Source: Pseudomonadota bacterium (lineage in GTDB: Bacteria; Pseudomonadota; Gammaproteobacteria; Burkholderiales; SG8-39). Taken from it: a stretch of DNA of 64,000 bases. The first letter of the stretch is position 1, and each line of letters opens with the position of its first letter. The notes below the pieces were generated by a model that did no database searches, was not told where the DNA came from, and worked only from the letters and a program-made list of their open reading frames with translations. The stretch spans positions 1,866 through 65,865 of the forward strand of contig JANXRV010000062.1 in assembly GCA_025356665.1 (NCBI GenBank), written 5' to 3'. This document shows positions 58,203 to 64,000 of this stretch, piece by piece. A program made the translations under genes and the position numbers.

Positions 58203-58384
58203 TGGTGTTGTACCGGGACTGAGCAAGTTCGCCGACCGCCCCGATACTTTGGTGTAATGGCCATGTTTGCGCAGCGGCGCAATGCCCGTTGCGGCAGCCG
58301 TTGCGACAGTAATGGATTGTTTTATCCGTACCACCTTGGCTCCACCCCGGCTCCACCTGTTCCACTTCTCTAGAGGAATTCATC

Positions 58385-59359
58385 ATGAAACTGAATCGTT
58401 GGCTGGTATTGCTGCTCGCTGCGGCGAGCTCCCTGGCGCAGGCGGTCTCACCCGAACCCGCACCTCTGCCGCAAAAAGAAACCCTGACCGTGGGCTTCGT
58501 TAAGGTCGGGCACGTCTCGCCCATCGTTGGCATCGAAGAAGCCCTGAAAAAGATGAATATCGAGGTCAAGCGCGCCGAATTCGTGCGCTACGCCGATGCA
58601 CGCACCGCACTGCTTTCGGGCTCGGTCGACGTTTCGATCATCGGCCCCGGGGACCTCGCCATCGCCGCATCGCAGGGCAGCAACGCCCTGATCGGCCTGA
58701 CCGGCGTGGCCGGATCGCCCAAATACCTGGTGGTGCGCAAAGGCGTGCAGATCAACGACTGGAAAGACATTGCCGGCAAGAAAATCGGCATCGCCCCCGG
58801 TTCGGCCGTCTGGTTCCAGTGGGCCATGACCCTGGTCGAGAACAACATCCCCTACACCAGCTTTAACGCCGTCAACGTGCAGGGCGGGGGCACCGCCTTT
58901 GTGCAGGCGCTCAAGCGCGGCGACGTCGATGCCATCGTGCTGTGGGAGCCGTTTGAGTCGCAACTGGTCGCTGATGACTCGGCCTACTTCGCCAAGAAGC
59001 TCGACTACAGCCAGTCCAAGTCGGTGGGTGCCGAACTGGGCATGCTCGCCACCACGCGCACCGCCCTGACCACCAAGCGCGAAGCGGTGAAGCGCTTCCT
59101 CTGGGCTTATCTCAAGGCCGAGGAGGACATGATCAAGAATCCCGCGCTGTTTGCTGACGCCTACTCGCGCTACACCGGGCTGCCGCTCGATGTCACCAAG
59201 GAGTCCTCCAAGATCATCAAGCTTGGCGGCGTCATCAACACCGAGCAGGTCAAACTGCAGGCGGCGGCCGCTTTCAAGCAGGGCATCATCCAAAAAGACG
59301 TCACCAACGAGGTCGCCGCGCTGTACGACGATTCGCTGGCGCGTGAAATCAAGCGCTGA
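58385..59359 (+). CDS. ABC transporter substrate-binding protein (NMT1/NitT/TauT family)
   Basis: 324 aa with signal peptide MKLNRWLVLLLAAASSLAQA and an NMT1-like fold pattern. Confidence 0.85.
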   Translation: MKLNRWLVLLLAAASSLAQAVSPEPAPLPQKETLTVGFVKVGHVSPIVGIEEALKKMNIEVKRAEFVRYADARTALLSGSVDVSIIGPGDLAIAASQGSNALIGLTGVAGSPKYLVVRKGVQINDWKDIAGKKIGIAPGSAVWFQWAMTLVENNIPYTSFNAVNVQGGGTAFVQALKRGDVDAIVLWEPFESQLVADDSAYFAKKLDYSQSKSVGAELGMLATTRTALTTKREAVKRFLWAYLKAEEDMIKNPALFADAYSRYTGLPLDVTKESSKIIKLGGVINTEQVKLQAAAAFKQGIIQKDVTNEVAALYDDSLAREIKR

Positions 59360-59377
59360 GCTGTTGCGCCTGAATCA

Positions 59378-60199
59378 ATGAAAGGCATTGCCATCGCCGG
59401 CGCCAACGCCGGCCGCTTCGCCAGTGTTGGTACAGGACTGCTGATCCCGGTGCTGGCGCTGATCGCATGGCAGGTGATCGGCAGCGCCCCGGACCTCGCC
59501 AGCATCGTACCCACGCCGCTGGCGGTGCTCAGGGGCTGGGATCAGTGGCTGTTCGCCAAACCGGGGATGGGGCTCAATCCCTACCTGGGCACCTGGCTGT
59601 CCAACGTGCAGTACTCGGCCTACCGTGTGCTGCAGGGCTTTACCCTCGCCGCGCTGATCGGCGTGCCGCTCGGCCTGCTGATCGGCTGGAGCCGGCTGAT
59701 GGCGCACTTGTTCGACCCCATGATCCAAGGCCTGCGGCCGATACCCATCACTGCATGGCTGCCGTTCTCGATCGCGATCTTCGGCATTCGCGACATGGGC
59801 TCGATATTCCTGATTTTCCTCGGCGGCTTTTACGCCATTGTGGTCAACACCACCCAGGGGGCGCGCGACGTCGAGCGCAACCTGATGCGTGCGGCGCTGA
59901 TGATGGGCGCAACGCGCGTGCAGATACTGCGCCGCGTGGTGCTGCCCGCCGCCATGCCCTCCATTTTCACCGGCCTGCGCATCGGCCTTGGCATCGCCTG
60001 GACTGCGGTTATCGTTTCCGAGATGGTCGCGGTCAAGTCCGGCCTCGGCTATGTGCTGTGGGACGCCTATTACGTCGGGCGCATGGACATCGTCATCGCC
60101 GATATGGCCTCCATCGGCATCATGGGCTACCTCAGCGACCGCTTGATCGTGTTTATCGAACGCCGCACCCTGGTCTGGCGCCAGATGCAAAGCCACTAG
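59378..60199 (+). CDS. ABC transporter permease (NitT/TauT family)
   Basis: 273 aa with six TM segments and an EAA-like loop (ARDVERNLMRAALMMGATRVQILRRVVLP). Confidence 0.88.
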   Translation: MKGIAIAGANAGRFASVGTGLLIPVLALIAWQVIGSAPDLASIVPTPLAVLRGWDQWLFAKPGMGLNPYLGTWLSNVQYSAYRVLQGFTLAALIGVPLGLLIGWSRLMAHLFDPMIQGLRPIPITAWLPFSIAIFGIRDMGSIFLIFLGGFYAIVVNTTQGARDVERNLMRAALMMGATRVQILRRVVLPAAMPSIFTGLRIGLGIAWTAVIVSEMVAVKSGLGYVLWDAYYVGRMDIVIADMASIGIMGYLSDRLIVFIERRTLVWRQMQSH

Positions 60200-60210
60200 C
60201 CCGCCCGACC

Positions 60211-60250
60211 GACCGATTGAACCGAGCCGAACCGAGCCGAACCCAGCTGC
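60211..60250. repeat. 10-bp tandem repeat between the permease and ATPase genes
   Basis: GACCGATTGA ACCGAGCCGA ACCGAGCCGA ACCCAGCTGC. Confidence 0.75.
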
Positions 60251-60270
60251 CCCGAACAAACTGAACCGCC

Positions 60271-61029
60271 ATGTCTGAAATTCACATCACCGGCCTCGAT
60301 AAGGCCTATCCGGGCAAGAACCCGGCGCAAGACGTGCAGGCGCTGCAAGGCATAGACCTGCACATCAACACCGGCGAGTTCGTCGCGCTGCTGGGCCCCT
60401 CGGGTTGCGGCAAATCAACGCTGCTCAATCTTGTTGCCGGCTTCGAACAACCCAGCGCAGGCACCCTGCTCGTCGACGGCCAGCCGGTGACCAAGCCCGG
60501 CCCGCAGCGCGGCGTGGTGTTCCAGGAAGCGGCGCTGCTGCCCTGGCTGGATGTGTGGGAAAACGTCGTCTTCGGCCCGAAAGTGCAGGGGCTGCCCGCG
60601 GCAGACTACGAACCGCGCGCCGAGGAGATGCTGCGCATCGTCGGCCTCGCCGATTTCAAGAAACACCTGCCGGTGCAGCTATCGGGCGGCATGCGCCAGC
60701 GCGTGGGCATCGCCCGCGTGCTGACCCTCGGTTCGCGCGTGCTGCTGATGGACGAGCCCTTCGGTGCACTCGACGCGCAGACGCGCCTGACCATGCAGGA
60801 GTTGCTGCTCACGGTATGGCAAAAACTCAAACCGACCATCGTCTTTGTCACCCACGACATCGACGAGGCGCTGTTCCTGTCGGACAAAATTTATGTGATG
60901 TCGGCGCGCCCCGGACGCATCCAGAGCGAGGTACCGGTACCCATTTCGCGACCGCGCGCCATCGAGGTCACCACCTCGGACGGCTTTAATGCGATGAAGC
61001 GCGAAATCCTGCACCTCATCCGTCACTAG
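60271..61029 (+). CDS. ABC transporter ATP-binding protein
   Basis: 252 aa. Walker A GPSGCGKST, signature LSGGMRQR, Walker B LLMDEP. Confidence 0.93.
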   Translation: MSEIHITGLDKAYPGKNPAQDVQALQGIDLHINTGEFVALLGPSGCGKSTLLNLVAGFEQPSAGTLLVDGQPVTKPGPQRGVVFQEAALLPWLDVWENVVFGPKVQGLPAADYEPRAEEMLRIVGLADFKKHLPVQLSGGMRQRVGIARVLTLGSRVLLMDEPFGALDAQTRLTMQELLLTVWQKLKPTIVFVTHDIDEALFLSDKIYVMSARPGRIQSEVPVPISRPRAIEVTTSDGFNAMKREILHLIRH

Positions 61030-61119
61030 CCGCCGCGTTCAATACACCAGACAATCTGGCGCCGGACACCTCCATTCGCCACCGATTTTCGCCGCCCATT
61101 TCTCCAGAGCTCCCCAAAC

Positions 61120-61995
61120 ATGGCCAATCCCCGCGTCCCCTATGGTTTTTCCGATGAAGGCCCGGCACTCAGCGCGCCCGCAGACCAGCGCATCATGGTT
61201 CACCTGGTGGTCAACGTCGAGCACTGGCAGTTTGACGCCGCCATGCCGCGCACCATCATCACGCCGCCGCACGGCAAGGAAACCGTGCCCGATGTGCCCA
61301 ACTTCAGCTGGGCCGACTACGGCATGCGCGCCGGCCTGCCGCGCATCCTGCGCGCAATCACCGAGCGCGGCCTGCCCGCCTCAACCAGCTTCAACGCCGG
61401 GGTCATCAACGCCTACCCGCGCGCCGCCGAGGCGATGCTGGCGGCAAACTGGGAGTTCATCGGCCACGGCGTGCACCAGAAGGCACTCAACCACGCCGGT
61501 GCCGAGCCCGAAGTCATCGCCACGACGCTAGACATGATAGAAAAATTCACCGGCACGCGCCCGCGCGGCTGGCTCGGCCCGGGCCTGCGCGAAAGCCATG
61601 AAACGCCTGACCTGCTCGCCGCCGCCGGCATCGACTACGTCTGCGACTGGTGCATAGACGACGTGCCCAACTGGATGAGCACCAAGACGGGCAGGCTCGT
61701 TGCCCTGCCCTACAACCTCGAGGTCAACGATTCCATCATCTACGCCGTCGAGCGCCACGCCACGGACGAAATGCTACGCCGCCTGGAAAACACCCTTGCG
61801 CTATTTGTGCGCGAATCGGCAACGCGGCCGCGCGTGCTGGCCATCGGCCTGCACCCCCACCTGATAGGCGTGCCACACCGCTTTGGCAGCCTGGAGACCA
61901 TGCTAGACCTGCTGATGAAAACCCCCGGTGTGTGCTTCATGCAGGGCAGCCAGATCTGCGACTGGTTCACCAAGCAAGTGCCGTTCACGAAATAA
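61120..61995 (+). CDS. Polysaccharide deacetylase family protein (PuuE/allantoinase-like subgroup possible)
   Basis: 291 aa. HLVVNVEHW...FSWADYGMRAG...WEFIGHG pattern. Confidence 0.7.
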   Translation: MANPRVPYGFSDEGPALSAPADQRIMVHLVVNVEHWQFDAAMPRTIITPPHGKETVPDVPNFSWADYGMRAGLPRILRAITERGLPASTSFNAGVINAYPRAAEAMLAANWEFIGHGVHQKALNHAGAEPEVIATTLDMIEKFTGTRPRGWLGPGLRESHETPDLLAAAGIDYVCDWCIDDVPNWMSTKTGRLVALPYNLEVNDSIIYAVERHATDEMLRRLENTLALFVRESATRPRVLAIGLHPHLIGVPHRFGSLETMLDLLMKTPGVCFMQGSQICDWFTKQVPFTK

Positions 61996-62045
61996 TTTTT
62001 CAGGATTTCCATCATTTGCGACATAACCGAAACCGCGACCAATCT

Positions 62046-62143
62046 ACCCCCTCCCCCTTGACGGGGGAGGGCTGGGGAGAGGGTGAATGCATGCGATTGC
62101 GAACCTGTCGGCACTCCCCCTCTCCCTGACCCTCCCTTGCAGC
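62046..62143. repeat. Second copy of the G/C-rich structured dispersed repeat
   Basis: CCCCCTCCCCCTTGACGGGGGAGGGCTGGGGAGAGGGTGAATGC...CCCCCTCTCCC. Further hairpins follow up to 62230. Confidence 0.85.
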
Positions 62144-62283
62144 GCGCGCATCGGCCGATAGGCCGATGCCGTTCCGCCGGCGCGAAGCTGCACTTCGCGA
62201 AACCCCGGCTTCACCCCGCCGGGGGGAGGGAACGTACTATTGATATTCTTCCACGCAGTCAACGCGTCACTAAAGGAACAACA

Positions 62284-63063
62284 ATGGATCTGCAACTCAA
62301 GGGCAAACGCGTCGTCGTTACCGGCGCATCCAAAGGCATAGGCTTTGCCATCGCCAAAACCTTCGCACGCGAAGGCGCGGTGGTGTTCATGGCCGCGCGC
62401 AACGCCGAGCGCCTCGAGGCCGCTGCGGCGCAAATCCGCGCCGAGACCGGTGCAAAGGTATCGGCACTGGCCCTTGACGCCTCGGCCGCCGACGCCGGCG
62501 AACGCCTGCTCAAGTTCGGCGGCGACATCGACGTGCTGGTCAACAACGCCGGCGCCATTCCCGGCGGCGACCTGGTCAAGATCGACGACGCGCGCTGGCG
62601 CGAGGCCTGGGAGCTCAAGCTCTACGGTTACATCAACATCACACGCAGCGTGCTGCCCTCAATGGCGGCGCGAAAGTCCGGCGTCATCGCCAACATCATC
62701 GGCATGGCCGGCGCCGCGCCGCGTTACGAATACATCTGCGGCTCAACCGCCAACGCCGCGCTGATGGCCTTTACCCAGGCGACAGGCGCGGCGAGCCCGC
62801 GCGACGGTGTGCGCGTGTTCGGCATCAACCCACCGCCCACGCGCAGCGACCGCATGATGGTCATGATGAAGCAAACGGCCGAACAGAAATTGGGTGATGC
62901 ATCGCGTTGGCTGGAACTGACCACCGGCCTGCCCTTTGGCCGCCTGGCCGAGCCCGAGGAGATTTCCGAGATGACGGCCTTTTGCTGCTCGCCGCTCGCC
63001 GGCTACCTTTCGGGCACCGTCATCAACGTCGATGGCGGCAACATGTACGCCGCCGCCAGGTAA
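62284..63063 (+). CDS. Short-chain dehydrogenase/reductase (SDR)
   Basis: I trimmed to ATG 62284 (MDLQLKGKRVVVTGASKGIGFAIAKTFAREGA). The upstream part of the ORF runs through the repeat element. Confidence 0.88.
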   Translation: MDLQLKGKRVVVTGASKGIGFAIAKTFAREGAVVFMAARNAERLEAAAAQIRAETGAKVSALALDASAADAGERLLKFGGDIDVLVNNAGAIPGGDLVKIDDARWREAWELKLYGYINITRSVLPSMAARKSGVIANIIGMAGAAPRYEYICGSTANAALMAFTQATGAASPRDGVRVFGINPPPTRSDRMMVMMKQTAEQKLGDASRWLELTTGLPFGRLAEPEEISEMTAFCCSPLAGYLSGTVINVDGGNMYAAAR

Positions 63064-63111
63064 GAAACGGCTGCCTGAGGCCATGTCTGGGATAAACTTC
63101 ATCCCTTCACT

Positions 63112-63256
63112 GTCATTGCGAGCGAAGTATTTTCCGTCATTGCGAGCGTAGCGAAGCAATCCCGTCGCCATCGGGGAGTGCGCCAACCACGCAACGAAAT
63201 TGCTTCGTCCCCTCCGGGGATTACCTTCGGGGCATCGCTACGCTCCTCGCAATGAC
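63112..63256. repeat. Compound copy of the GTCATTGCGAG element (two left ends, one right end)
   Basis: GTCATTGCGAGCGAAG at 63112, GTCATTGCGAGCGTAGCGAAGCAATCCCGTCG at 63136, and CTCGCAATGAC ending at 63256. Confidence 0.85.
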
Positions 63257-63302
63257 ATTCCATGAATTGTAAGAAAATAACGGCATCAGCGATGGAGCAA
63301 TC

Positions 63303-64000
63303 ATGAAACGCATCATGGACGACAAATACCTGGACATACGCGAAGGCGTGCGCGCCCAGGTGCTGCAATTTGATTCACAGTACTGGCAAAAAATCGACGA
63401 GGCGCGCACCTTCCCCGAGGAATTCGTCAACGCCCTCACTGCCGGCGGCTGGTTGTCGGCACTGATCCCCGAAGAATACGGTGGCGCCAACCTCAGCCTG
63501 ACCGAGGCGAGCGTGATCATGGAGGAGATCAACCGCGCCGGCGGCAACTCGGGCGCCTGCCACGGCCAGATGTACGTCATGGGCTGCGTGCTGCGCCACG
63601 GCTCCAAGGCGCAAAAGGACATGATCCTGCCAAAAATCGTCACCGGCGAACTGCGCATGCAGGCGATGGCCGTGACCGAGCCCACCACCGGCACCGACAC
63701 CACCAAGTTAAAGACCACGGCGGTGCGCAAAGGCGACAAGTACATCGTCAACGGCCAGAAAGTCTGGACCTCGCGCGTGCAGCATTCCGATTACATGCTG
63801 TTGCTCGCACGCACCACACCGCTTGCCGAAGTGAAGAAAAAAACCGAGGGCTTGTCGGTGTTTCTCGTCGACCTGCGCCAGGCTGTGGGCGAGGGCAAGG
63901 GCATCACCGTGCGGCCGATCCGTAACATGGTGAACCATGAGACGAACGAATTGTTTATCGACAACCTCGAGATCCCGGTGGAGAACCGCATCGGCGAGGA
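63303..64000 (+). CDS. Acyl-CoA dehydrogenase family protein, partial (continues beyond the window end)
   Basis: My translation from ATG 63303: MKRIMDDKYLDIREGVRAQV...EEYGGANLSLTEASVIMEEINRAGG...AMAVTEPTTGTDTT...IVNGQKVWTS. There is no stop before 64000, so it is absent from the ORF track. Confidence 0.88.
   Translation, partial: MKRIMDDKYLDIREGVRAQVLQFDSQYWQKIDEARTFPEEFVNALTAGGWLSALIPEEYGGANLSLTEASVIMEEINRAGGNSGACHGQMYVMGCVLRHGSKAQKDMILPKIVTGELRMQAMAVTEPTTGTDTTKLKTTAVRKGDKYIVNGQKVWTSRVQHSDYMLLLARTTPLAEVKKKTEGLSVFLVDLRQAVGEGKGITVRPIRNMVNHETNELFIDNLEIPVENRIGE

Overview
This is a high-GC (about 65%, judged by eye) chromosomal segment. It looks betaproteobacterial and Burkholderiales-like; that is an inference from the four Bug/TctC-family binding proteins, the czcCBA-type efflux genes and the rpsU-yqeY-dnaG-rpoD operon. 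Most of the window is housekeeping and catabolic genes. Housekeeping genes are gor, the macromolecular-synthesis operon, tsaD, plsY, folB, xerD, ogt, metC and tRNA-Thr(UGU). Accessory genes include a czcCBA-like RND efflux system with a divergent two-component pair, a three-subunit flavoprotein dehydrogenase, and a probable nitrogen-compound catabolic cluster (amidase, ABC importer, deacetylase, SDR, acyl-CoA dehydrogenase) behind a consensus sigma-54 promoter. I found no CRISPR array, transposase, phage integrase or recognisable defence system. The best candidate for new biology is a translationally coupled RuBisCO-like protein (form IV) plus cupin pair. It sits in the opposite orientation between the binding-protein gene and the fused-permease gene of a TAXI-TRAP transporter, and three consecutive tandem-repeat arrays precede it. 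Other points of interest are a 43%-GC TPR gene at the left edge carrying a G9/C9 tract in codons 5-7; many 7-20 bp tandem duplications in intergenic spacers and at gene ends; two structured dispersed repeat families; tandem alpha/beta-hydrolase paralogues among orphan Bug proteins; and a small ORF coupled to an amidase (AtzG/AtzE-like). All product calls come from reading motifs in the supplied translations. No database search was run.
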